Positions 25,606 to 39,375 of a DNA stretch of 64,000 bases are shown here, piece by piece. The notes under the pieces were generated by a model. It was not told where the DNA came from. It was given only the letters and a program-made list of their open reading frames with translations, and made no database searches. The translations under genes were made by a program, and so were the position numbers. The stretch is from positions 6,695,260-6,759,259 of the forward strand of contig MU058844.1 of NCBI GenBank assembly GCA_013265495.1, written 5' to 3'. The first letter of the stretch is position 1. Each line of letters begins with the position of its first letter. This stretch comes from Vicugna vicugna (lineage: Eukaryota).

Positions 25606-27709
25606 CTCTTTCCAAAAAAAAAAATAAAATAAAAAGAGGAGGGAGTATAAAGATGTTAGCCTCTCTGCATTGCTATAATGTAATGAATAATTTCTGTCTT
25701 ACATTTCTCTGGATAGGGAAACACTGTCTGGTGTTGATAGCTGATTTAGTGCTCTTTTATTTAAGTGAGCAAAGGCAAACAAATCAGTTAGACGTTTATT
25801 CCCAACCTTTATGCTATGATCTTTTCACCAAGCAAAGTTTAGCGTATGATTGTGTCCACTTAGTTTGCTTGCCAAAAAGCACCCAGGTACTCAGATTCTC
25901 CTTCTCCAGCCATCTCGATTTCTTGGCTCCAAAAGGTGCATATCCAGGGTTCTCCTAATGAGGAATTGGCACTGCAAAAAGTCTGGTTCAGCCCAAGGCA
26001 AATTCACACAGCTGGCTAAAGTAATCGCATGGTGGGATGTTGTTTTTCTACTTAAATACACTTGCGGTCTATCAAGGGCTCACTATTTCATAGCTGTTTA
26101 CTTTTGATCCAACAGGGTCTACATTTTCCATTATACAGCACTTCAGCTACCCTGTAGCTGCAGAGTTTGCCCGCACTGAAATGGCTTATACGACGCATTG
26201 ATCCCTAGACTGACTAAACAGACTTGACGCTGGTGTCTGGGTGTTCTTTCCTGACCCAGGCCATCCAGTTGTGTTGATTTATTTGCATAGTTTGTGGCAC
26301 AGAAGACCACACTCTGAAGATCCAAAGCTGGTTGTGCAATTTGTTATCCTTCTTGATGTAGCAGCAAATGCAAGTAAGTAAAGGAAAAAAAAAAAGAGGC
26401 TCCAATCTCAACTTCAAAATCCAATAGTCTTATTTTTGACAGGTCTTGAAATACAAATCAAAGTAATCACGTCAGAGGTGACAAGATAGGAGCTAAATGT
26501 AGATCATTTTGGGTCTCTGGTTAAACCTCTTGCCTAACGATCAGTAGTCACTTTAATCACGCATTTGTTTACTAATTCACTCAAGAAGTTTTACTTAATC
26601 CTATAATATACACAGTGTTGTGCAAGATCCTTAGGGACAAAACCTCAACAATTCTAATTATACAAATTATGAAAAAAAGAAGAAGAAAAGGCCATGGATG
26701 TAGTGACTGTAATAAATTTAAATCTAATTCAGCAGTTATTAAGGTACCTATTTTATGCTCCAAATGTAACATCTGCACATACATACAGATAATTATTTGT
26801 TGGTTTGACCAATTTTTAGCTGCATACTGAGTACACATGAATTTGAAAGCTACAGTTTGGGCTTAGAACAATCCTAGAACATTAGGGGGGAAAAGCATGC
26901 TTTATAGCACCATTTCTTTGCAAAGGAAGAGTTGATAATGAAAAAAAAGACAGTAATCTTTTTTTTTAATGTATTTGGAATATAATTTTTGGCGGAATGT
27001 GTTAGGATTTTGTGATGGTTGTGGTGGTAGAAGTGGGATTACAAAGATAAACCATCAGCTCACCTTCAAGGAATTGGTAATCCTTATGAATTATAAGGAC
27101 CATCTCCAAGGTCTCAGTTTACTCACTTTAGCACTCTCAAAGACAGACATGGTAATCACACACATGCCACTGGACTGTATTGTTCAGAAACCCATTTCAG
27201 GCTGATGTGCATTCTGATACATTGTGGGGTATGTGCTCACTGGTAGCCAGGCAGGGATCAGAGCCTGCCTGACTTCCCAGTTGTGCAGTTAGCCGGTGAG
27301 ATGGTGGTTTGGAAGGAGAATAGTTCCCTCATGCTGTCAGCCTGGAGGAGGCAGATCAAATGTCATATGACTTGGATCATTTGGATAGCAGGTCAGAGCT
27401 AACTTGCCCCTAAATTAAAAAAAATAAATAAATAAAGGCCAGCCTCATTCACCCTGCACTTCACCAACATTAGGACTCCAACTCCGTCCTTTGTCTTCTG
27501 GAACATAATTTGAGAAACTGTGCTGGGGTTCTGTCCCACATTCTTTTTATTCTCCCACATGTCTTTTTCTGTCAAATTTGACCTTAATGGTCCATTGAAT
27601 AATTGACTAAATAATTATTCCCAGGGAACAAGAAGAAATCTGTTCTTCAAACACTTTTGCGTCATTAAGAAATACTTTCATTCTCTTCTGGATGGTGATG
27701 CTGTTGGAG

Positions 27710-28510
27710 GGGTACTTCTCCCTGAGGAAGATTAATCTTAGCATGGGGTGTTTTTAAAATCACACTAGCTCCTGAGAGTCAGTCAGGAGTTGGAATTTTG
27801 TGGAGTAGGTTTTCAGTTGTCACCATCATTTTGCATGGCTAGCATTCAGGGGCCTTACATCAGAGTGCCAAAAATCCTGGAATGTGAGGGGAGTCCCATA
27901 TAACAATTTATTTTACTGTGTTCTAATGGCTTTTAAGTATTTCCATAGTCAATCTTGCAGATGGAAAAACTCATTTATAATTATTTGAGACTAGAACCTC
28001 CCTTCATTTTACATATAAACACAATGGATATTTTTGCATAGTTTTAATGGACAGTGAATTTTGTAGGAATGTTAACTATTGTATAAATCAAGGGAAAATT
28101 ATACACTGTTCTGTTTGGGAATATACCAAGAGTGTTTCATATTGTGGGAAATAAAATAAATAACAGTAACTCCAAAGATAATATTTCATACAATATAACA
28201 TGCACAATATGAATCAGCTTCTGTGGTTATGAGTCCACTGTTATTCTACATATAGACACAACCGTCTGACCACTTCATGTCCGTTAGTATAGACCTGCCT
28301 GAGTATTGACAGAGGAAAAGAAAGCTGTCCTTCATTACAAATTATTTTAATTTTATTTTCTAAATGCCAAAATTCGAGCACTGGAGAGATTATTTTTAAC
28401 TCTATCGAGGTAAGTAGTTATTTTATCTGTGAATTTAATTTTAAGAAGGTACTGGGGAATTGGAACATTATAAAAATGAGTATGTACCTGAAGAATTTGA
28501 AAAGCATAAT
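27710..28510 (+). mobile_element. MER20B-like hAT-Charlie element
   Basis: ttataattatttgagactagaacctc...ttttacatataaacacaa...tgaattttgtaggaatg...aaatcaagggaaaatt...taccaagagtgtttca. Confidence 0.7.
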
Positions 28511-29483
28511 ACTGATTCAACAAAAAAAATGCTTAAAAGTTACATTTCTCTATTAAAATCATTTCAAATTTCATATCTTGCTACACATAAAATCTGGTAG
28601 AGAGCACATAAAAATGGAACAGGTTGTTACAGCAAAGAAAACAAATTACGGCAAAGTATATGGCATTATAAAGAAGAACAAAGGACCAGTGAGATCACAG
28701 AGGAAGGAGAAACAGGCCTTGAAGGATGAGTTGAGTTAACCCATGGGGATGGGGGGAAAATGAGGGACCAGCAAGGAGGGGTCACAAAGAAGATCAAGTA
28801 TAGGAGGTATTTAGAAAAAGGTAAATGGTTCCTATTTGGGGAGTAAATGATTTTGGTAGATACACACTCAGTTTCTTGATGAACACAGATCACAGACAGA
28901 AATAACATTTGGAACTTCTCATGTAGAACAGAAAAGAATGAATGTAGGGGAAAGATTGAGAAGAAGTTACTGGAAACAAATTAGACAAATGCCAAGAGGA
29001 CAATAAAGTGAGTGAAAAGTGAGCATACTATTAGTCAGGTTCCTTTAAATTAAGAATATTTGTGTCTTTTGCACCATAGAAATAATTAAGCATTTCCTCT
29101 TTACTCTGCTGAGATTCTCGTGGCTGTTGCTTCTAAGATCTCTGAGAAACCAGTGGAAAATCTTCTCCACAGTGTTTGGCTTCTCTTTTCAGTAGCCTCT
29201 CTTCATCTTAGATCTTAACCTGAAACTCCCAGTTCCTAGCTGAACCCTACCTTCAAGAAAGCCTAGCTTGAGAGTTGCCTTCCACTCTTTTCTGAAAGTT
29301 TGGATTTTCTCTTCAGCGAGTTCCAGGTCTTCTCCCCAGTAACTGAGGAGGCAGGAACTGCACCTGTTCTTTTTCGTCCTGCCAGGTACGTGATAGGCTC
29401 ACAAAGTATTTTGTTAAATGAAGAGATGAAAAATTTCACAAATAACCACACAAAAAGAGAGAACCCAAAACAGTCACCAAATT

Positions 29484-29513
<30 letters not shown>
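29484..29513 (+). repeat. (AAC)10 microsatellite
   Basis: Counted directly. Confidence 0.95.
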
Positions 29514-29515
<2 letters not shown>

Positions 29516-29764
29516 AAACAAATGGAACTAACATTTCAGAAAGCATGATATACATCTAAAGAAAAGTCTAACATTGTTGTTGTTACAGTCAGTTCCAGGC
29601 AATAACACGTTTGTTACAGGCTGGGAAAATCATAAATAAGGAATAAGTTATCACTATCACAGAAAATTTGAAAAGTGTTTGCATTGAAATTGGTGACTAA
29701 ACTAACATATATTATTGCATATGTAGCGTGAGTGTGTATGTGTGTGTGTACAGAGAGAGAGTAT

Positions 29765-29970
29765 GTTGAGAAGTATAGTATCCTATGCTGCTAAAAAAGG
29801 TGAGTTCTGGGGACAAACTTTGAGTTCAAATCCTGTCTTTAGATGTTTCAGCAAATTACTTACTTCCCAAAGGTCACTGCTTTGTATGGGGGTAAGTGTT
29901 ACCTTTTAGGTTTATTGTAAAGTTATTATGTGTAAAGTGTTCACAACAGAGCTCCCTGTTTTATTACTAT
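29765..29970 (+). mobile_element. MIR SINE (diverged)
   Basis: tgagttcaaatcctgtc...gcaaattacttacttccc...tgtaaagtgttcacaacag. Confidence 0.55.
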
Positions 29971-31494
29971 TAAAGTTATTTTTATATAACACACAAGAAA
30001 GTCAAACTTGACATTAAAAACTACAACTGTTACAGACCATTGGGTGTTTACTTATCAACCTTTTCTAGTCTGACTATCAGCATGTGACCTTTGAAACCAA
30101 GAGTAAGAGAGAAGGCATGTGGAGGAAGATCTGAAACCACAAAAGGATTTTTTTTTTTCTCAAGATATGTCTGCCTCAAATCTATAGATTTAGAGTAAGT
30201 AAGATAACTTTTAGTTTTACCTTTGAAAGTTTTTATCCTACCATCTTTCTTTGCTATATTGTTCTTACCGAAAAATCATACTGTAGTATGAAGCTAAATC
30301 ATTTATTACATAGTTTATCGACTCTGGATAATGGAATCTAAGGCAGGTCCATAAATCAAATGTAGACAGGAGTAACTTGAAATTTTCGGAGCACATATAA
30401 ATGCCAAAATGACAACCAAAAGCTCTCTATAGGTCTTTCAAAATGGAACACATTTTGTTTTCTTCTTTTTATTATTAGACTACTCATTTCTTCAAGTTCA
30501 AGATGGAAAATTCCATTCAATTCTTTTAGAATTGGCAATAAAGACTTTGTTAACATCACAGGCTTAAGAAAATCATAACTCCATTCAAAATATATCTGAA
30601 CCACAAGTTCTCATAGAAAATGAAAAACAGAAAACAAAAAACAAGTGTGTGGTTTTTATTCAGGTTTTGTACACGAGATCAGGGGAATAAATATATCATA
30701 AAAAGGATGAACTTTGGAAAGCAACAAATGTCAAATCGTATTCTTTCAGCTGCCTAGTAGGAGCACATCTTTAAACTGTCAAATTCCAAATTGTACTTTT
30801 TTGGAGGTGGCATATTTTAAGTAGTATTTATTTCTACTTGTTACAGACCATTTACCATTGATATCACTTGATGAATATTTTTCAAGCTTATAAATAATTC
30901 AATCTTAATTTTTTCCCCATTTTTAGCTATAGTTATGTCTTTACTAAGCACTTATGTTAACTGGACTTCACATTTAAGTGCTCTATGATGGGCTTTCAGG
31001 TAGTTATAAACATGTTCCATAGTGTTCTTTCCCCCTCATAACTTGTGTTTCATTTCATTCTGGCAAAGCTGGTTCTGATTTGAATTTCATTTTTTGTATT
31101 TCATTATATTAACCTTTTAAACTTTCTACTCTCATAACTTCCCCTTTTCTAGTTCTTTCCAAACACTAGTCTTAATCTTTTTTTTTTTAATATTGCTATT
31201 TGTCTTTTTCTTCTTATGGTTGTGCTCTGTTTCTCTGTCTAACATTCTTTAACTTTTTTCATTTTTAGTAATTCTTCTTTGTGCATTCCTGCACAGGTAG
31301 GGACTCAAAAAATATTGACTTCTTGATGGAATTCCTACATAAAACCAATCTAAAACAACTATTATATATTATGTTAAAAAACATTCAGGCATTTATTTAG
31401 GTAACTTGGCTAATTTTTGGTAAATTTCTAGAGACAAGATTGATAGACTCATTTTTATTACAATGCTTTGGCACGAGATATACAAGATCATTAA

Positions 31495-31636
31495 TGGTGG
31501 GGGAACTGGGGAGATGTCAAAGAGCAGAAACTTGCATCTAGAAGATGAATAGGTTCTGGAGACCTATAGCATAGTGACTATAATTAACAATACTGTATTC
31601 TATTCTTTAAAATTGCTAAGAAACTAGATCTTAAAA
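31495..31636 (+). mobile_element. L1MA-like 3' UTR fragment
   Basis: agatgaataggttctggagaccta...catagtgactataattaacaatactgtatt...aaaattgctaagaaactagatcttaaa. Confidence 0.75.
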
Positions 31637-32517
31637 TTGATAGTGCCAGATTAGCTGGCTTTTGTATTATTTATTGATTTCATTGTAGTGGTATTCTATT
31701 ATTTTCGTATTTTCCTATTAGGTTTACAGATTTACACATTTATATATAAAAGGCTTGAAGGTATCATTTTGTATTCAGGAGTATTAGAGGAATAAAAATT
31801 ATTTCATTCAGAATTTTCTGAAAAATTTGGTATCTTGTTTTAAGGAGTTGGCCTTAAACAAAGTGGTTATCTCTCAGATAACTGAGAAATTCTTAAAGTA
31901 ACATAAAAGCCATTAGGCATATAAAATATTTCCAGTCCCAAAAAAGAAAAGAACAAGGAATAGTCTTATTCTTGGATTTTGCACACATTTGTCAAAAACT
32001 TATCAAACAAAAAAGAAGATCTTATCTTTATTTTTTCCTTTCAAAATAACATTTATCTTTTCACAACTAGTTCATATTTCATTAATCCAGTACTTTCCAG
32101 TAGTTTTATAAAAATGGAGTAAAATGATTATCAACCCTATTGAAAATCACACTGTACACAATGTGTTTTATTGGTGGAAGAAATTAATTACATATAGATG
32201 TGTAGCTCCTATTGGACCAGCAATACCATAGGTAATAACTACAAACCCTGGAAATAATTGGAAACAATGTATAAAACAACTACTTGAAGGCTGGAGAGTG
32301 GACAAAAGTAGGTAGATTCTGAAGAAGAGGTGACACTTGGAAGGAGAGAATGACACTAGTGAATTTCCTATTTTTACAGCTTTTACCCTAAGGGCAGGTC
32401 CCAGACTACACATTGTGGGTTAGTTAAACTTCAATGGAGAGTCCTCTTTCTTGCTGTCTTGAAGCACAGGACAGGGTTTAGGGCCAAACTTCCTGGAGAA
32501 TTTGCAATAGATATCGG

Positions 32518-32566
32518 TATCTATATCTATATCTATATCTATATCCATATCTATATCTATCTATCT
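32518..32566 (+). repeat. (TATATC)n/(TATC)n simple repeat between old L1 remnants
   Basis: Seen directly. Flanks (~32190-32500 and ~32570-32800) resemble old L1 5' and 3' fragments. Confidence 0.85.
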
Positions 32567-33344
32567 CCTGAAGTCTTTATAGGGAAGTGTACTGTCATCT
32601 GCAACTAACTTTTTAGTGTGTCAAAGTAATATAGGTTGTTGGATGACTAGAGTGATTAATTGATGAATGGATATGTGATAAAGCAAGTGTAACAAAATAT
32701 TCTATTTACTGGGTCTACGGGTATTGACTGCAAAACTCTTCTCAAGTTTTCTCTGTGTTGGAAAATTTTTATTATAATATGTTAAGGAAAAAATAAATAT
32801 AGAATATACATTTTCTTTTAGTTATTTATTTGTTTTTAACATACTTTAGCCTAATGCATGCACACTCTTGATTATTCTCATTGATGATGAAACAAGACAA
32901 TTGTGAATTATTGACATTTTCATCAATAAACATATAAGCATTAAAGTACTTACGTACATTTGTATACAGTTAAAGTGGGAAATGAGTCCTTGGTCTACTA
33001 AGATCAAGGAAGACTAGAATAAAACATGCAGAAAGCATGCCAGCAGTTTGAAAGATAATTCTGAATAATTACTGAGAACCCTTTAAAGAAATGCTGCATT
33101 ATGGACATTGGTAATGGCACAGAGGTTGATAGTGTGTGTAAGAAATAGGTATCAGTCTATTTGAGCTGAAAAAGAATTCTGAAAAGTCAGACTGAAGAAG
33201 TTTCAGGAACATATGATAAAGCCCACAAGGAATTCTAAAATAAGAATGCTAATTGCTAACGTGATTATTTTCTTTCTTAGTGATATATAATGTGACAGTG
33301 CATTTTACATCAGATGACATTTTGGAATTAATGAAATCCGGTAT

Positions 33345-33830
33345 TTATGAGTCCCTACTATGTTCTAGACATCAAGCTATAGTAGGTGTTATAAAGAGAC
33401 TGATCGATACAACACAATCCCTGTCACTGAAAAGTGCAAATTTGGGAAGGAAATATACCAGGTACACAAGTATCATCAATAATACAGTTATGTCATGTGA
33501 GTTCACTCTGTGGGAAAATCCAAACTTACCTGGTCATGTCTGGGAAAATTTCCAAGAAGAAGTGATATATATTTAGTTATGAAGGGTGATTATCAATTCA
33601 CCTGTTTGAGAAGACAGGAAGACAGGAAAGGGCTGTCTACAAAAATAAGCAGAAACTCCCTAAACATAAAAGCATGAAGGAATAGTGTTTCAAAAGTGAT
33701 GACATCTTTCATATGTGAGAATGTGAGAGTTGTGGGAGGCAGTCGTGTACCATGAAGGTAAGTTAGAGTAACTGTTGTAATATGTTGTATGTCATGGTAA
33801 GTATTTTAGTCTTATTATTGTAGGCCAGAT
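33345..33830 (-). mobile_element. L2 3' fragment
   Basis: tatttatgagtccctactatgttctagaca...acaatccctgtcactgaa, the antisense L2 3' end. Confidence 0.6.
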
Positions 33831-34199
33831 GTTCCCAAACTGTGGAGCTGGAATAGCTGCTTCATGGGGAAGAACTGATAAAAATAAGACTATTCTCTTA
33901 TTTAGTTCTTACAGTCAAAAGACACATTATCGCATTGCCTTTTATTTTTAGGTATAAGCAACAATTTCTTATGAGTAATCAGATGAGTTATTGAGAGTTA
34001 CTCACACTGTATTCATACAATGAAGTTACAATACTGATAAAGTTTCTGAGAACAAAAGTCCAATATTCTACCATGTATCAAGCTACCATTTGATTGGTGT
34101 GAGATCTGTACATTTTTCAGGACACAAGCACAGGCACAGGAATTGTAATTCCTACAGATTGAAGAAGGATTGCATATACCCATATATTAGGAACCTCAT

Positions 34200-34745
34200 T
34201 TTTATTGACTACTGTTTTTTTCATCCTTTAGATATGTGGCATCCCAATTTTCCTGCAGAAAATGAAATATGTTCCAAGATCAGTCTGTGATGATTTGGCT
34301 GCTTTGGTTCAACTTCTAGATCCTGGATAGGTATGCACATTAGACCAAGCCAAGCAGAACATCACACTGTGCTGGTCACATTGAATGGTTCAGGATGGTT
34401 TTATAACAATTTAACAGAGATACAGGCTAGGCCATCTGTGGAAGTACATCTCTCTCTTCTCTCCCCTCCCTCTTTCCTTTCCTCTCTGGAATTTAACCTG
34501 GCAGATATGATCTTATAGCTGCTGAGAACCATCTTGATACCAAATGAAGCCTAAATATAGAAGCCATGTTAGAGGAAAATGTAACTGCAAGTGGACGGAG
34601 ATGGCACTGTGTGTGCCCTTGAATTAAGCTATTCTTGAAGTAATTTATGCTCTTAGGCCTGTCACATCTGTTAACCAATAAATGTTCCTTTTGCTCAATC
34701 CAGTTTGGATTCTATTTCCTGATATTCACAACAGAAAGAGTTACA
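34200..34745 (+). mobile_element. Old MaLR LTR (MLT1)
   Basis: 3' end ccaataaatgttccttttgctcaatccagtttggattctatttcctgatattcacaacagaaagag. Confidence 0.65.
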
Positions 34746-34804
34746 GTTTTCAGTATATTTGTAGAATTTTCTTGAGAAATCTTAGTTTCCCGTTTTTCCT
34801 GTGT

Positions 34805-35030
34805 AAGCCTTGGTTTCAAACAGCCTGGTGTAAGTCCAGGTTCTGCCATTCTGTTGTGCAATCTGATGACCAGTTACAAAACTTCATTGTGCCTCAGTCT
34901 CCTTGGTAGTAAATTGGCAGTAAAAATACAGCTTACTGATAGTGGTTTTGTGAGGAATAAATGAGACGATAAATGTAAGGTGCTTATTAAGGTGTCTTTC
35001 ACATGTTAAATAAATGTTAGCTATTTTTAC
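34805..35030 (+). mobile_element. MIR SINE
   Basis: gttctgccattctgttgtgca...gtgcctcagtctcctt...gtgaggaataaatgagacgat...taaatgttagctatt. Confidence 0.75.
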
Positions 35031-37439
35031 CACTTAATGATGATACATTGTTTTTATTTTCTTGTTTTCAATGCTGAGACATATTTGGTTTCTTTTGCAG
35101 TTTATTTAATATTTTAATATTTATATGTTTTTGTGTAAACCATAAACTCATCTTTTGCTTTCATTTTATCAGATTACAAAGGGTGAAAACAAATAAATTC
35201 CATTTTCATTATTATGAGTGTAAATTTTAGCCACTGCAGATAACATCTGGTAGGTTCTGGATTGTTCTTTGAAAGCGAATGTTTTTCGAGTCAAGGTCAA
35301 ATAGATTATTTTTTTCTTACATTCCCCAGTCATGTCATTTAAATCATGTCACATTTAGTTGTTTCATATTTGGACTATTGTTTTTTAGACTTTTTTCTTT
35401 GTGAAGTTTCCAGTTGCCTTTCTTTTTCTTTTCCTCCCCTTCTCTCTTCCCATTCATCCTCTCTCTTCCTTTCTTCCTTTCCTTTTTTCTTTATCCGGAA
35501 GATGTAATATGCTATTCTCATCAACAACTAATGTGCTCTTGCTTTTTATCCATTTTATTGTCAGGAAAAAACATGTCAGACTTTGAAATGAGTAAAAAAG
35601 ATTTCTCGAAGTCCCGTTTCACTCAGCCTGTTGGGTTATCTGTTACTTTCATTGTCTTTGAGCTCTTTTACAGCCCCAAGTTGTAGAAAATTCTTAGAAA
35701 AGCAAATAACTCATAACCATAGAAATATAAATGAATTTTGTCAAGTGGGATGCAACCGGTTACTGTCCTGTGGATACTGAACAGTTTCACATTTTGAAAA
35801 GAATTCATTGTATGATAACCTTGAGTAAGTTACTTAACCAGTTCTCCATTACAGAGAATAGCTCTATAATTTTTTTTTATTTTGGGGAAACTGACCCCTT
35901 AACCTGTTGGATCTGTCAATCTGGCATTTGGGTCTATGTCACACATCATTTCCTTCCACCCAACTACTGTGATTCATTTCAGAGAAGAATATGTAAAAAA
36001 TTCCAAGATAATTGGAATCATTCCCAAGAAATATTTTTCCTTGAGTTGTAGAAAGAGTGTAAGCCTGGAGCAACCAGTGGGCCTCCTTGATACTATGATG
36101 AAAATGTCTGAAAATAAAGACATTAAAGGAGGAACAAAAGCAGGAGGGTAGAGCAAGATGGAGTTTTGGATGCAGTGATATCAATTTAAGACTCAAATGA
36201 AAAGATTTCTAGCTAACTGTAATAACTTGGGGGGATAAAAAGAGGAAAAACAGGTATCCTGCCATGAAATACATAAATGTTTGGCAGTTAATTTATCTCA
36301 GTATGTTGAGAGGTACTGAAAGCTTATTAAAATCTTTAGCTTCTTTGGGTTTTTTTTTCTTATTTATTGACTCAAAATATTGTGAATAATAAAAAGAAAA
36401 AAACATTTTTTTAAATAAATACTTTGGGTACCAAAATGAAAAGAGAAAACTATATAACCTAATGATTAATAAACTTTCTATAGGGAGCAATTGGTTTCTA
36501 AACCATAGATACACAGGTTATCAAATAAAGACAATTTCTTAGGCTTATGAAAGTATTGACTTTTGGCATGGAGATATATTTTGGAGAAACAAATCATTAA
36601 ATTAACCAAGTTACCAAGAGAAATAAAACAAATTAATTTTCAAATATTCTTGTGAACTAAAGGAGAAAACTAATTAACTGTCAACCCTGAACAATCCTGG
36701 GAAACTGAACTATATTGTAAAAATGCTTCTGCTTTACTGACTTAAAATAAATGTTTGAATAATTATATGTAGCTCAAGTTATAAATTAATGCTCTAGGTT
36801 CATGCTCAATTTATATAACTGAGTCTTATTTCATATTGTGCAATAAAATTCTCATTTTATTCTTCATCAAGTTTAAAGATGTTCTAGCTTAGAGCAAATG
36901 TAAGAATCACATTGTCAAAGCTGCACCCATCTGTCACCACTGGAGGTCATCTGGTTTCATTATTTATTCTGCTGGAATGTGTGGGCAAAAATGTATTTTA
37001 GGACTTGAAATACTCCATATTTATTTATGGTTGGAACCAAATTTATAGTTTTTCCTTTTTTTATTAAAACACAATCCTAATGCTGGTAACAAAAGGGTCC
37101 CTCTTTCTGAAGTACAAATATAAATTTTAATATTACCAGAAAAAAGAGTATCAGGAGGACATGTGATATATGATCCAGGATTTTGTTTTCTTCTTTGATT
37201 TTATTCCTTTAAAGAGCCCTTTCTTTAAGTGCAACATTCCCCTCCATCCATTCTATTCATTTTTCTAAAATTCATGTGATAAGCTTGTAAGAAAAGGTAT
37301 AGTTTTTAAGATAGGTTTCAGTAAATGGTTACATAGTAAATGGATGGTTATATTTTATATATTCACTAGTTCATGAATATGTCAAAATGAAAATTATCCC
37401 AAGCCTTATATAGGTATTGTATGTTAGCATTTCGGTGGT

Positions 37440-37625
37440 GGCTTTCCATGATTTCAGTGATATCATTTAACCTTACAAGTCCAGTAAACTTGCCTGAGTT
37501 AGAACCACTCAGCTAAGCTACTCCCAAAGTTCTGAATCATATAAACTGTGTGATACAATGTTTATTACTGTTTTAGCCACTAAGATTTTAGATAATTTGT
37601 TATATAACAATAGGTAACTGATACA
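37440..37625 (+). mobile_element. MaLR LTR 3' part (MLT1)
   Basis: Ends gttttagccactaagattttagataatttgttatataacaataggtaactgataca. Confidence 0.7.
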
Positions 37626-37658
37626 GTGCTTTAGAAATAATTTTCAAAATAGTGTCCC

Positions 37659-38021
37659 TCTTGAAAAAGAACAAAGCTGGAGGCATAATTCTCCCAGACT
37701 TCAGACAATACTACAAAATTACAGTAATCAAAACAGCATGCTATTGGCACAAAAACAGACATATGGATCAATGGAACAGAATAGAGTGCCCAGAAATAAA
37801 CCCACACAACTACAGTCAATTAATCTTTGACAAAAGAGGCAAGACTATGCAATGGAGAATATACAATACCAAGGTAATAGAAATAAAAGCAAAAATAAAC
37901 AAATGGGACCTACAACTCGATAGCAAATACAACTCAATAGCGAAAAAACAAATAACCCAATCAAAAAATGGGCAGAAGACCTAAGCAGATTTTCTCCAGT
38001 GAAGACATATAGGTAGCTGAT
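37659..38021 (+). mobile_element. Internally deleted L1 ORF2 fragment with no 3' UTR or tail
   Basis: Translates [41 protein letters not shown]...LIFDK, then [10 protein letters not shown], then the aacccaatcaaaaaatgggcagaagacct segment. All are L1 ORF2p post-RT motifs. Confidence 0.9.
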
Positions 38022-38252
38022 ACTCATATCAAATTTACCTTGAAACTAGAAGCAGTATTTCAAGATTTTTTAATTAAAAAACAAAAAACAAAACAAACTC
38101 AAGTATTTTTAATTACTTTTGATTGTTCCTACTATTTACAAGAAAACCAACTTCTTGGATGAAGTCCTAATGTCTGTAGAATGTCATAAAAGTAGATACA
38201 CAGTAACAAAAGAACACAAAAATTTAGTTTCTTCTAAATTTAATAATGTTAA

Positions 38253-39045
38253 CTGTCAACTATCAACGTCTCTCACCTCGCAATTTACCTTTCCTTGCCT
38301 GCTCTGCAAAAATAGACCTGGCACTTTAAACACATTTTTCCTTTGCAAGTTGGAAGTGAGCTTTGTCAATAGCTTTGCAGGAGAAAGGGCTTTTCCTCCT
38401 GGTTCAAATGCACTCGGTACGAAGGCTCCCACATTACACTTGGCTTCTCCAGCACTGAGTAACTGTTGTGGGATGACTTCTCAGCTGTTCCAGTCTCTGG
38501 TCCTTGGAGCACACACAGTTTCTCCAGCACCAGGCTCCTACAGGGCACACACTACCTCCCTAGCACACAATTACTGCCACGTATAGCATCCAGCAGTACT
38601 CAGCAGCAGGCGGCTTCCCCCAGAATCCTCTCAGGAATTTCCATGGCAGAACATTTCCATGAGATATCTTTCTGTGGACAGCTAGAGAACTGATTTCCCG
38701 CAAGTTCTAGGGGGAAGAGTTCCAGCAAGTTCCACCAGCACTTCATCTGAGCGGTGCCTCCACTATCCAATGAGAATGGCCATGCACTCTCCAACAAGGT
38801 GTAGCTTTCAGCCCTGGCAGGATGGAGGATGGGGGCTCTTCCATGGGGACTCGATCTTGGCCTAGAGGTAGTGGCTGACACTTATATCTGCTAATCTCAT
38901 ATCCTTTAGAGTTCTCTTTACATTTTACCAGCCTACTTTGCATTAATTTAATTCCCACTATGGTTAAAAACTTTATTTTATGTTAAACGTTCCCTATTCA
39001 AATTACTAGGTGGTTCTATCTCCTGATCAGATCCTGATCGAGTCA
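38253..39045 (+). mobile_element. ERVL-class LTR (LTR41-like)
   Basis: Starts tgtcaactatcaacgtctctcacctc and ends ttaaacgttccctattcaaattactaggtggttctatctcctgatcagatcctga. Confidence 0.65.
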
Positions 39046-39113
39046 CACTCTGAAGAACTGTTACATTCAGTGACAATGATGTTTAAGAAGTAACTCTAGA
39101 ATTTATCTTAAAG

Positions 39114-39375
39114 CAGCTTCCCTCAGAAATGTTTCTCAGAATCTGTCACATGAATGTGCGCCAAGAAAAATGGGTTCCAATGTCCAATAGCTTAAATAAT
39201 CCCCTTTCAATTACAGATTCATAGTGCCTTTAAGCATATTAATTCTCCCAAAGGTTCTGCAGTAAATATAATCTATTTAATTTTGTTTAACCCAGCATTT
39301 CCTGAACCTTGAAAACAGTTTATTAAACAAAAACAACTGTAGCAATTTCTGAAAAAATCAGGGTGGGAAACGATA
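39114..39375 (+). mobile_element. MER103-like hAT-Charlie MITE
   Basis: aagcatattaa...ttctgcagtaaa...tttgtttaacccagcatttcc. Confidence 0.65.
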
